Source: Octopus vulgaris (lineage: Eukaryota). Taken from it: a stretch of 64,000 nt of DNA. The notes beneath the pieces are model-generated. The model saw only the letters and a list, made by a program, of their open reading frames with translations. It was not told the origin of the DNA and did not search any database. Positions 26,276 to 39,297 of the stretch are shown in pieces. The translations under genes were made by a program, and so were the position numbers. The stretch spans positions 34,782,001 through 34,846,000 of the forward strand of contig OX597831.1 of assembly GCA_951406725.2 (NCBI GenBank). Direction: 5' to 3'. The first letter of the stretch is position 1, and each line of letters starts with the position of its first letter.

Positions 26276-28081
26276 TATGTGTATATATATATATCGTGTG
26301 TGTGTGTGTGTGTTACAGTGTCCTTACTTTGACTTCATATGCTAGTTGTAAATGAATATCACCATCATGCAAGCAGTGTCCTGTCCTCTGTTTCCAATCT
26401 TTGTTGAAAACATGTCTAGTCTTAGGGATATATTGCATTACTGGGAAACAGGTGAAGGATGATGACAAGAGCATCTGGCTGTAGAAAATCCACCTCGACA
26501 AATTCAGTCTGACCTATGCACGCATAGAAAAGTGGATGCTAAATGATGACGGCTGAAAGTGTCCAAGAGAATTCTGGTCATAACAATCATAATAAACAGA
26601 CTCAATATGACATAACTAGGCGCCCACCTGATTACACTTGAAAGCGTGAAACAACTTGAGATTAGGGCAGAAAACACTTGCTTAAGGTGTCATGCAATGG
26701 GACTAAACTCAAAAACCTAGTAATTAAGAATCAAACTTTTTAAACATTATGAGGTCTGAGTAAAAAATTTGCAAGAACTGCCACTACTTAATACTTGAGT
26801 CAGTGGCACAAAGGGCTATAATATGAAAGGGAATAAAAGCAGATGCAAAACCCATTTTCAATGTGGGGGCTGTATTCCACACTGAATTTATTGATCTAGT
26901 TTTGCTTTTCTTCTTGTCTCGCTGAATGAAGTGAGATACAAAAATATTAGCTTCTTCCCCAAGAACATTTGCTTCAATCATCATTTTAAGATATTTATAT
27001 TATATATATATATGCAGGTGGCACGTAAAAAGCACCCACTACACTCACGGAGTGGTTGGCGTTAGGAAGGGCATCCAGCTGTAGAAACATTGCCAGATAA
27101 GACTGGAGCCTGGTGCAACCTTCTGGCTTCCCAGATCCCCGGTCGAACCGTCCAACCCATGCTAGCATGGAGAACGGACGTTAAATAATGATGATGATGA
27201 TGATATTACACACAAGACAGACAGATAGATAGATGCAAGAACGACTGTGTAGTTGAGAAACTTGCTTCCCAATTATGTGGTCCCATGTTCAATTCCAGTT
27301 CCGCTGCACAGCACCTTCAGCAAGTATTTTCTACTCTAGCCTTGGACCGAGAAATGTCTTGTGCTCTGATTAAATAGCTGATAACTAGAAGAAGCCTGAT
27401 GTATGTATGTGCCCTCTAATTCTGACAGCATGTGGTGGTTGCAAATGAGACTCACCATCATACAAGCAATATCGGCCAATTCTAGTCCCCTGTGAAAAAT
27501 ACGTGATCATGGGGAGATATTCCCTTACCCGGAAAAAGGCAAGGATTAGCAACAGGAAGCACAACTGGCTGCAGAAATTCAACAAAATTCTGTCTATATA
27601 AATTCCCAGAATGGTAATTAGTTCAGTCCCAATGTGTGGCACCATGGGCAAAGGTTTTCTACTATTAGTCTTAGATCAATCAAAGACTTGAGTGGATTCG
27701 GTAGATGGAAACTGAAGGAAGTCTGTCATGTATATATATGTATGTACATACATGATGCATGTATATATTTCCTCCTTGCCTCCATGTGTGTTCACTGGTT
27801 GTAAACAATATTATAGTAAGCAAACAGTGCCCACTGCAGAAGCATGTCTCAGCTTCTTGCCGTGTTGTACAATGTTTGTAAACAAAAAGCTTGCTTAACT
27901 GGTGTCATTTGCTTCCATTCTTCCACACAACCCTACTTAGGTTGCTTATTATTTCGCAGACTGGAAAATTATTTCCTTGTTCGGAAATGGGTGATAGTTG
28001 GCATTAGGAAGGGCATCAGACCATAGAAAACTCCACCCCAACTTACTCTCAGGCACAATCATGGATTGTGTATGGATGTGC

Positions 28082-28117
<36 letters not shown>

Positions 28118-28165
28118 AAGAGTGACAACCAAGAAAAAGACCAAAATCAAGAACACAAAACTTAC

Positions 28166-28573
28166 AAGTCCCTAATCTCCTTAATATCAGATATTATGAA
28201 TGCATGCACAAAATAGGATTTAAATTTTGTTTCGTTAGTCACTGTTGGAATTATTAGCACTTCTGTTTTTTTACATTGAGAGATGTTTAACTCTAAGGCA
28301 GACTTACAGTTAAAGGTATTCCAGTTGTGATTATTCCATCTTTTCCCAGACAGAGTGCACTTACAGTCAAATTTATCCAATGTGTTCATTTTTTGAAGAC
28401 GATAAGATGAATGTTTGAGAGACTCAACTGCTTTTTCCAACAAATCGATCGACCAGAGACAGAGACTTCTTTGTTGACTCCACTGACAGATGTTAACACA
28501 GACAATCATGTCTTTAAGCCAAGTAAAGAGTAAATCAGTCCCTTTAATCCATACTGGCAAAACACTGGAAAAA
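28166..28573 (-). other. Candidate 408-nt exon, fully open in one frame
   Basis: Acceptor gattttgtacag, donor CTT|GTAAGT, 136 stop-free codons in non-repetitive DNA (ORF 28162..28587). Two internal GTAAGT donors near 28360 and 28305. No protein family recognised. Confidence 0.4.
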
Positions 28574-28987
28574 CTGTACAAAATCATGGAATGAACATAT
28601 ATACTAGATATGTGAATAGTACTATAGTACTGTAAATCTTATTTATACTTTTTGAAGTGTTAGTAATAGACCAAGACTAAAGTATTTCAGCCTATGAAGA
28701 GGAAGCCTGGCCTTTGTAGTTATTTCTCACTGAAGAATGTGGTAGATCTCAATGAGGTTATCAGAGACTGGAAGGGGTGTAAACGGTTAAGTTAACGAGA
28801 CACAGTAACTACTATTACATAGTAAGTAATAATGCTAATTAAAAGTGGTATGATATCTAATATTCTCCTTACCAAGCCCATGTACACTATTTTCCTTTAT
28901 AAATTCCTACTTCTAGCACCAATCCTATATTAACTGGCAATAATGAGGAAGAATCTAAGGATGACAGCTATCTAAGACAGTAAAATG

Positions 28988-30240
28988 TACGAAGTGCGTT
29001 CCAGAAGTTTTAAGACTTTTTTAGGAGAGGCAGTTATAACTGTCCTCTCTTTTACTTGTTTCAATCATTTTGAGTGTGGACATGCTGCAGTACTGCCTTT
29101 TAGTTGAAGAAACCGATACCTGGACTCACTCTTTGTAAGCCTGGTACTTATTCTATCAGTCACTTTCGCCGAACCGCTAAGTTATGGGGGACGTAAACAC
29201 ACCAACATCAGTTGTCAAGCGATGGTAGAGAGACAGACACAAACACACACATATATACATATATATATATGTATATGGCAGGCTTCTTTCAGTTTCCATC
29301 AACCAAATCCACTGACAAGGCTTTAGTCAGCCCAAGGCTAAAGTAGAAGACACTTGCCCAAGGTGTCACGCAGTGGAACTGAACCAGGAACCATGTGGTT
29401 GGGAAGCAAGCTTCTTACCACACAGCCACGCCTGCGCCTATGTCCTTGATTATTCTAATTTTATTATATCATTATTATACATTACTGACCTGCTAACTTT
29501 TGTTATTTCAGATTGAAGGAGACATCTGTAGCAGAACTTTGAACATGCCCAGTTAAACACTGCTTGTCACAGCTGATTAGTTTGCAGTCAGACGTGAAGA
29601 CAATTTGGAAGCAGACTATTAAATAAGGTTAGGAGTTAAACCAGATAAAAAATACTATACAAACTTATGAAATGCTCAAGACTGCTCATGGATTAACATG
29701 TATCAGCCAAGCATCTGTTTTACACTGACGCAAAAGAGCCTTAGCAAAGTAAGTCCAAGAATCCTATGGTGATCCCCTTTTCAACAGCAAAGGGATCATC
29801 CACATTCACTGGAGTCTGTCTGGCCAGAGAGTCAACAAAGAGTATCTTGTGCGTGTTTCAAAGCTGTTCAGGAAGAGATTTTGCCAGAAAAGGCCAGGGC
29901 ACCACCACCACCACCATTAGGGTTGGTGGCACCTGCACAAGGAAAATGCACTAGTCTACAATTCCATCCTGATAACCAACTATTTGACAGAGATGGCATC
30001 GAAACTGCTCCTCATCAATTCTCCAGTCCAGACCTTTCTCCCTATGACTGTCAGTTGTTCCTCAAGCTGAAGGAGTCGTGACACACCTTCACATGGGAGG
30101 ACTTCCATGAGACCTTTGTAGAGTGGTTGGAGCATTACACAAGTGTACTGAAACCAGAAGATCCTACTTCGAAGGAGATTAGGGTTTTGTACTTATTTGA
30201 AATTAATGTCTCACTTGAAAAGTCTCAAAACTTGTACATG
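28988..30240 (+). mobile_element. Decayed mariner (DD34D-type) transposon interrupted by a SINE
   Basis: HPDN...GIETAPHQFSSPDLSPYDCQLFLKLKE matches the mariner HDNA / PYSPDLAPxDFxLFxKLK motifs. Partial TIRs aagttttaagactttt (~29003) and aaaagtctcaaaactt (~30218). Confidence 0.8.
29047..29440 (-). mobile_element. tRNA-derived SINE, family A (octopus OR-like), full length
   Basis: Reverse complement of the family A head (ggcgtggctgtgtggtaagaagcttgcttcccaaccacatggttcc...), internal (TA)/(TG) tract and 3' module. Apparent TSD tgtcct at 29041-46 and 29441-46. Confidence 0.85.
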
Positions 30241-33200
30241 TTTTACTGTTTACATCCAATTTGGTACCTTACTGTCCAAAATTCAAATCCTGTTGATATG
30301 AGCTTTTATTTTCATTTGCTGATGATGAAAAATAAGTAAGGCTGTGTAAATACTGAGTTCAATTTCTTGCCATGGAATATTAAATTCTATTTTAGTGCAA
30401 GGTACCTTAGTTAAGTGTTTCCTGTTGTAGCTTCAGACTCTCAGACTAACAAATGCCTTGTGAGTGAAATTGGTAGATTGAAACTGTATGGAAGCCTGCA
30501 ATACAATGGGTATGTACCCACACATATACATACATGTGTGAGAGAGAGAGAGAGAGACTACTATCTGCAACTTAACATGAAAAGTGTTGAATAAAAAGCA
30601 GTGAATTTTGTTGAGATTTTTTACAAATCATTCAACAGTGCTACATTTTCAAACATACATGAAATTCAGTGAAGGGTTAGCAACAAGGGTATCTGACTGT
30701 AAAGTAATGCTCTTACATGTATTCTTCCAACTCATAGTAGCATGGAAAAACAGCCATAGAAACGAATGTAGTAATATGCTGGGGTCAATTCAATCAAATT
30801 TATTATTCACTGTGCTACCAAATTCATTTATCCCTTTCTTCATTCCAACCTGCCTGAAACTGTTTCCAGTCCTACGATACAAAATTCAACATTTTATTAA
30901 GCCTTTCATAATTGGAAGGTTTAATTTAACTTATTAACAGTTATTAGCAATTTAAATATCCCTTTTTTAAAATTAAAACCTTACATCAGTACTTTAGATA
31001 TGAACATTTAGTTACATCAGGTTTCAAACATTGGCTTAATAATAAAAAAAGTTGTTTTTAGAAAACTTATTTTAGTAAATCTCTCCAAATTCTCTATTTT
31101 GAAAACTAGTACAAAAATACAGGCAGTGTATTTCATTGAAAATACAGTCATGAAGGGCTAAAATAATTTAAACTAAAAAGAAGATTTAATATTTATAGGC
31201 CACACAATAATGTAAAAGACAAGATCCCATAATAGATACATAATCAAGAAATGAAACGCTGGAAACCTATTATACACAAGTTAGGAACTGATGACAGTAA
31301 AAAACATTTTAACCAGGGGACTATGAAACTCTGGGGTGTGGATAAACTTATCCAGCTCTCAGTCTAATACCCCTACTCAGTTCACAAGTGTTTTTAGGAG
31401 AAACCACTGCTGAAAGATCTCTAGAGTTAGGACAACTCCCTGTCCCCAGTCTCAGAGGCCCAGAAAAAGGTCAGAAGATCCTGTCCAAATAAATCTTTGG
31501 GCATCCACTAGTTGAAGTGCTAAAATTTTACACCCTGTCATGAGCTAAGTGCAGTGTCCTTATCAAGAATGTAACTCTCAAAGAAAAAGTTCACCGAGGA
31601 GGTAACTTCTATGCAGTTGCATGAGCAGCTAGAATTAGCAGCTAAATCTCCCTTACATATCACCCAATGGTCTTAAAAAATACTTGTACATATTAGACAT
31701 AATAGACCTGGTTACATCAAAAGACAATATGGGGCAAGAGTGAAACAGCTGATTGCAAGTCTACTTGCTTTAAACTGTCCTGAAGATCAGTTGTAATTCA
31801 CAGTTGCTATGGCGTTACATATTATGATGTTCTGAACTTAACTCCTCCAGGTGAAAATTCTGCAACATGATGATAGAGAAAGAGAAATAATATACATCTG
31901 TTGTAATCATGAGTTAAGAAGCCCCAACACACCTGATATAATTGTAATATGCCAATCCCCCAAGAGGGAAACTAGCTCATAAACGTTATGCTAAAATGCT
32001 TTTGCTGGAATGAAGTTCAATAAGCAACCGCTTCTCCAATTACCAAAACCACACCCCTTCTATCAACAAGGCTTTCTAAATTCACCACCTTAGGGGGAAG
32101 GGGGTATGTTCATCAACTCATCACAAATGAATGAAAGGAATCTCATCTCACAACCAAAAATACACAAATTCAAAAATGTTTTATTCACTTTTTGTTTACA
32201 TATTACATGTAACAAGGTCAATACATCAGAGCAATTAAGTGTCTTGTACCATTATTGAATAAAATTAGCTGAAGTAGTACAATGTTTTACTCTATTGAAC
32301 TTACAAATCAGCAATGTTCCTATTCTCTCTCTCCCTGAGAGCTACAAAAACACCAGCGGGATTAAGTGGCTTGGTTCCCTTGTCTAGCTAAATATTAAGA
32401 AAGAAAAAAAAACATACAAACACTCTCACTACCAGACTGTAATTCCAACATTTCCAATGAGAGGGTGTTTGAAAAAAGAAAAACAAAAAAACTATGGTGT
32501 TCCTTCTTGGTCTAACAAAAACAGCTGTTACAATCCAGTTAATATAAGATACTTCCTCTAACAGTTCACTTAAAACTATCCATCAACACAGACACAAAGA
32601 TATGAGGGATAAAAAAGAAATAGTGGAAGATGGTATAATATACCACAGCACAAAGTAAAGACAATACACTCCTAGAATTAGATGTTGATGTACTTTTAGA
32701 TAAATTATTCAGTTTTTGTATTCTCTTATATATAGCTATTATGTAAGATCCAGAGTTTAAAATTATGCATTTTCAGACAGCCTATAAAGGTGCCTCAGTA
32801 TAGTCACTCAATCAACTGAAAAAGGGCAGCCAAAATCTCCCTCAAATCACACCAATCCTTCTTTTAAAAAAAGGCTAATTTAAAGAAGTATTCCTGGATG
32901 TACTAGATGGTACAACATCTATAGACAGGATGGTCACATAGTGTTAATCATAGACTTGCTCAATGAGGATTAGCCTGTGATTAAACAACTAGCATCCTTA
33001 AATTTCACAAGTTTCCAGTCACTGAACTGTGATCATGCTCGAGTACCACCATCAAATGGTGGTGAGGACAAACGCTAAGACTCATACACACCTACACACA
33101 AGAGGCTTCCACATAGTTTTCATCAACCAAATTCACTCACAAGGCAAAGTGTAGGGCTATAATAGAATTTGAATTTTTTCTTCTCTTTTTGCAAATTTCA

Positions 33201-33500
33201 GGAACAAATACTTTTTACAGTCCAACCCATGCCAGCATGGAAAACTAACATGAAATGATGGTGATGAGGAGTTGAATGATACCTTTTGATACAGCTAACC
33301 CTTCAACATCAACGGCACATTACTGAGGAAAGACTGACACTCGTTGAAAGGGTTTGTAGTAAAATGATGACCTACACAATCAACAAGCCAATGAAATAAC
33401 TCCGAAGTACTTTAACTAGAAGCACAAAACACAATATAAGTTAGGAAATCGTGACCCAAAGGTCAGTAATCCAAAACCACTGAAAGTGATACCCACTTAC

Positions 33501-33594
33501 CTATTTATCAAGTGGATGATATAGTGTCTCAGGATTGCCTTTTGTTTAAACAATTCTAGTTTCCAATACCAACAATTACACATTTCATTTCTCT
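33501..33594 (-). other. Candidate 94-nt internal exon
   Basis: Branch-like CTAAT, acceptor catttacag and donor TAG|GTAAGT. One open frame (phase 1 to 2): RNEMCNCWYWKLELFKQKAILRHYIIHLIN. Confidence 0.5.
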
Positions 33595-33889
33595 CTGTAA
33601 ATGGTTTACTATACTCATTAGTTCTTAATTTGCTACTACTTAAGGTAAGTTATGAAGCTATACGTCACTGAAGAAGTCAGAATAAAGCAAAAACACTGGT
33701 GGAGCAGCCTCATCTACTTGTGAGGAAACAATAATATATTGTCACTGATTAAAATGCTTCTCCCATATCTTCGATTTGTTAACATTTCTCGCTTTAGGTG
33801 GTGGCACAGCTGTGTAGTTAAGAAATTTGCTTCCCAACAACATGGTTTTAATTTCAGTCCTGCTGCACGACACCTCGGGCAAGTGATTT

Positions 33890-34830
33890 GATGATGAAGA
33901 TATACACACATTACATCCTACATCACCACTTCTGCTTACCTACAGTGGCCCACTTGGAACTGTGCATTTGTTGCATTGTAATGGATGCGATATATGGCTA
34001 CCTCCAATCAAAAGATGAGTGGTCCATTTCACCCGTTCCAAGTTCGAGAGTAAATCGAGGCCATCAATGAGCATGGAAACCACGGGTGCAAGCCTGGGTG
34101 AAGCCAACCAAGAGTGAAAACATTGCTGGTAGTAGCAAATATTTTAACTGTAGACCTTGGAGACCTGTTGGCTTGAGAGCTGCAAATTGTTGTGGACCCA
34201 GATTTACCCATGGCCATTTAAAGCAATTTCACATTAATGTACAATAATTACACTAATGCTGTTATGTTTGGTATTGAAACAAAAGGATTATATTTGTATG
34301 TAAATCTATGTAAGTGGATATAACAGCATATGGTTGAGGAGTAGATAAGTAGTGTATAACTGCATGAATGAACACTCAAGTCGGGATAATTGTGAGTGTG
34401 TGGAGGTAAGTGTGCACATGTTTGTGTGGATGCATAAAAGAGATGCATGTAAGCCAGTAAGTGCTTGTAAAACCTGTAAACGCCAGTAAGCCTGGGAGTG
34501 CATTTAAGACTGAGTGCAGTGTAATTCTGCAAGTAAGAGCATGCGAGCCTGCGTGTGAGTGCACATAAGCCGGTGAGTGAACGTAGCGTAATCCTGCGAG
34601 TAATGCCTGTAAATCTGTGAGTTTAGCCAGTGAGCAAGTACAGCATAAGACAGTGCAGTGTAATCCAGTGAGTAAGCAGCTGTATGTGTGCAGAAATGAA
34701 CCTAGATGCACTTTAGTGACCAAAGACATAATTGCACATATGGAAGAGCATGTACACACACGTACACACACACACGAATGTGCGTGTGTGTGTAGATGTA
34801 TGTGATCACGTGCACTTTGAACAACCCCTT
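33890..34830 (-). mobile_element. Possible decayed Tc1/mariner-like element
   Basis: PRSTVK HTH-like block, an IF*LE..YNATN block resembling IFSDE...NxQN, and a TIR-like ggggttgttcaaagtg at ~34812-34828. Weak. Confidence 0.3.
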
Positions 34831-36638
34831 TAATTTATAGTTGTGATTTGAGAAGTGGGGTATCTAACAGGCTGGATCAATCAAATATAGCAATAAACAT
34901 TTAGTAAAAATTTTAAGGACATAATTCAGCCTTCAACTCATGCAAGAAAAATGTAAACAATAATTTTCACAGTAAGCCTGGCACAGGTATAAAAGCATCA
35001 TTAAGAAATTGGCATCCCAACCATATGGTTTTGGATTTAGTCCTGCTGAGCAGCAGTGTTGTCAACTTTCTTCTGGCCCCACACTGACCAAAGTCATTAT
35101 GAATGGATTTTATAGATGGAAACTGAAAGGAGAGAGAGAGAGGGAGAGTTGTAAAGGGGTCACTATCAAACAAGTTGTATGTCATTCATTTCCAATATTC
35201 TGCAAAAACAGAGCCATGGGGAAATATTACTTTGCTTGGAAACAGGTAAGGGTTCATAATGAGAAGGGCATCAAGCTGTAGAAAACCAGATCTAACAAAC
35301 TCTGTCCTACCCATGCAAAAATGGGAAAGTGGATGACAAAATAATAATGTATACAGATATGCCTGTGTGAGAGTGTGGTGTTTGTTTGTTTACATGTGTA
35401 CTTAACAAAGAATCGTTTCACCACAGGCAATGAGGCTGCTGTCATTTCTCCTGTCAATTGATCAGTCATTGGTTCACCATCATCAAAAACATAGGGAAAA
35501 CTGAGAAGGGCATCTGGCTACAAAACAGTATCTCAATAATATAATCGATTAACCCACACTAGTGTTGAAAAACTGATGTAAAACAAGCAAAGCCTGATAT
35601 TCACTGACATTTAACACAAGCTGACCCATTCCAATTGGCTTTTAAAACCCTTTTGTAACTATTTTTCTCTGCTTCAATTAATTATAAAAATAATCAAACA
35701 TCTGGAGAGGTATAGTAAAATAAATTACTCTATTAATTCGGTGTCTGAAACCAGACTTCAAAACTTTCTTCTTTAAAATTATCATGTAGAATTTTAATTT
35801 TAAAATAAACACTTTTAAAATCAGGCACTTTGTATCAATGAACCAGAAGTAGACTCAGCCATGGTAGTGGTGCCAAAATGGTTATCTTGAGTAACATCAA
35901 GAAGTACTTATATAAATCAATTTTGATTTATGTAAATCATTTTGATTTATTATGTGATTAAAAAGCTTGTACAGGACCTAGGAAAATTATCCATTATATT
36001 GCCATGGGCAGACAAAATCCTTGCAAGTGGATTTGGCAGTTGGAAATTGAATGTGTGTGTGTGTACACACATGCACATGTACGTTTGTGTGTACCTTTGT
36101 CTTGATAGTTGTAAATGAGCATGTTTGTTTCCAGTCTTCTGTGTAGAATGTCTGACCATGGGAAACATTACCTTGCTTGGGAATAGGAGAGGGTTGGCAA
36201 GAGCAAGGACATCCAGCCACAGAAAATCTGCCTCAACAAATTCTATCTGATCCATGCAAGCAGGACAAGGAAACTTTTACCCAAATCTCCCACACACATA
36301 GCCTACATCTTAAGAGATAAGGAAAGGACAGAGTAGATAATGTATACCCACACAAATACACATCCTTTGTTAGCATTCAGAAATGTTAGAATTAATAAAG
36401 GTGGCTATGAAAGACAAGTGTGTCTGTGATTTGCAATGAAAACAAAAGTTCTGGGGAAAAATAGAAAATTTCCCAGTGATTTGCATCACATTTTTGTCCA
36501 GCAATGAAAAGATACTACAAAGAAACATGGTATTGTTGATAATTGATAATGCTATGGGCCACACCTAAAATCCTGTTAACCGGGATATAGGAAAAGTAAC
36601 ACTGAATTCAGATTGGCATTCCTCTTAAAATAACTTAC

Positions 36639-36704
36639 CTGCCACATAGATCTGAATATAATTTCTAATTCAAAGCCTACTGCCTCTACAGCACTTTCAA
36701 ACAA
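36639..36704 (-). other. Candidate 66-nt internal exon
   Basis: Perfect donor CAG|GTAAGT and acceptor ctatctattcaag. Open in phase 0 (LFESAVEAVGFELEIIFRSMWQ), no recognised homology. Confidence 0.3.
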
Positions 36705-37299
36705 CTTGAATAGATAGATAGATCATCATCATCTTAGCATTAACTTTTTCATTTCATGTTCGCATGGGTTGAACAGATCTTGTTGAGCATTTCCTATAGC
36801 TGGATACCCTTCCTGCCATCAACCCATGCCAGTTTCTAAGCAAGGTAACCTTTCCCAATGACCAGACATGCTTTCATGGAAGATTAGAAATGAAAGAGCT
36901 CTCTTGTACGAGAGTGCTACTCATTTACAACTTTCATGCAATGTCTATGCAAAGAGGTGATTTTCTATAGAGAGATGCCCTTCCTATTACCAACCCTAGC
37001 TAGTTTCCGAGTAAAGCAATATTTCCCCATGACTAAACATGTTTCCAAGAAAGATTAGAAATGAAAGACTTCTCTTGAATGGCAGTGACACTTGCTTACA
37101 CCTATCATGCAGTGTCAAGGCAAAGAAACCACAACACACACACTTTCTGTCTACCAAATCCACTCCGGATTTGGTCAGCTTTTGATTACAGTAGAAGACA
37201 CTTGCCCCAAGGTGCCATGAAGTGGTACTGAACCCAGAACTATGTGATTGGAAAGCAAATTTCTTAACGAAACAGTCACACGTACCCAAGATAATCTTT

Positions 37300-37800
37300 C
37301 GAACATGCTAACATATTGCAAAGGCCTTAGATAATATTGAAGCAGCTTGGGACAAGGTAACTGAGAAATGCAGTTATAGAGTTTGGAAGAAATTATGGTC
37401 AGAAGTATACAATGACATCTTGGAGTAGTACGAGCAGTCATGACATCAATGACACAACAGAGATGGCTTATAAAGGCAGGATGCAAAATATGTGAATGAT
37501 TTGCATGAGTTAACAGAGTATCATTGTAAGAGTTTATCTATTGAGAATCAGCAAGAATTAGCACACCACACTTCAACATATATGGAAATTGTGGAGCAAC
37601 TTACTGAAAATGAACTCAAATGAGAGGGCAGCCACAAGGCAAAAAAGAGATGCAATGGACAGACTGTCCGGTTACCAAATTGTTTCATGGGAGAAAACTC
37701 AAGAAAACATGACTTGATATGCATTCTTCAAAATGCAATTCAAAAGGAAAGAGGGAACCAGAGTCTGGATCCTCATCTAAGATATATGATAACATTTCTC
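37300..37800 (+). mobile_element. pogo/Tigger transposase C-terminal remnant
   Basis: attgaagcagcttgggacaaggtaactgag...gtttggaagaaattatgg reads IEAAWDKVTE...VWKKLW, typical of Tigger AWxxVT...WKKLWP. Confidence 0.5.
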
Positions 37801-39297
37801 CTATTCTTCAAATATGCATTTCAATAGAGGTTCATTACTTGTTCTTTAATTTTATCAGAAATAATGAACCTTGTTTTCTGATTTTATCATAGCTTCAGGA
37901 CAGGATGCTTAACAATAGATCATGGTAAGTTAACTAAATTTATCGAGGGCTTAGAGAGTGGAACAGAAAAAGTTCTAAACATTTCAGTCATGTATAACAG
38001 TCATAACCATCTGTGTTCACCTCAGTTAAAAATATCTTATCAATGCCATTCCTACATTTATGCTGTAGCAATAGCCCCACATATCCCAAGCAGTAACAAA
38101 TGTTATTACATTCACACACACACGTTAACATTTATACATCAGGAGTGGCTGTGTGGTAAGAAGCTTGCTTCCAACCTCATGGTTCCGGGTTCAGTCCCAC
38201 TGCATGGCACCTTGGGCAAGTGTCTTCTACTATAGTATTGGGCTGACCAAAGCCTTGTGAATGGATTTGGTAGACAGAAACTGAAAGAAGCCTGTCATAT
38301 ATATATATATGTACTTGTGTGTGTGTTTGTAGCCCCATCGTCGCTTGACAACCAATATTGGTGTATTTATGTCACCATAACTTAGCAGCTCAGCAAAATA
38401 GACTGATAGAATAAGTACTAGACTAACAAAGCATAAGATCTGGGGTTGATTTGTTTGAGTAAAATAACTGAAACAAGTAAAAAAAATTTTTTTAAATACA
38501 TCTAATTGCAGTGTCTATAAGTTGATCTTAATGTATGGTATCTTGAGCAAGTATCATCTTTTATAGCCCTAGGCCAATCAGTGTCTTGTAGATGGAATTG
38601 GAATGAATCAATATAGAAACCTATCGTGTGCATGTGTGTGTTGACAGTCTACATGTTTCCTAGCAACCACCTCAGCAGAATGGTGTAGTGATATTTAGAT
38701 TCCCTGTTGACAATATGACCCAACATTCTGCACTTTCAAAACTACTGCATCAAATTAAGTCCCTGTGTGTATGCAGGGTTATGTGAAAGAGTATGACATG
38801 GATATGAACAAAATTCAATGTCAGAAATGATGGCATTTCAATCCTCTGCAAATGTTATGTGTAACTACTGTACTGTACAGTGCCCGAAATGATTGAGAAA
38901 TATTCATTTACTAGGAAAGAATTGAGGATTGGCAACAGGAAATGCATCCATTGAAAAATCTATTTCAGAGTTTCCTCTAACCCATGCAAGTATGGGATGG
39001 TTAATGTTAAAACATCATCATCATCATCATTTAACGTCTGTTTTCCATGCTGGCATGGATTGGACGGTTCAACTGGGGTCTGGGAAGCCAGGAGGCTGCA
39101 GCAGGCTCCAGTCTGATCTGGCAGTATTTCTACAGCTGGATGCCCTTCCTAATGCCAACCACTCAGAGTGTAGTGGGTGCTTTCTTACATGCCACCGACA
39201 CAGGGGCCAGAGGGGGCTGGCAATGACCACGATCGGATGGTGCATTTTACATCCCACCAGAACAGGAGCCAGTCCAGGCAGCAAAAATATGTATAAA

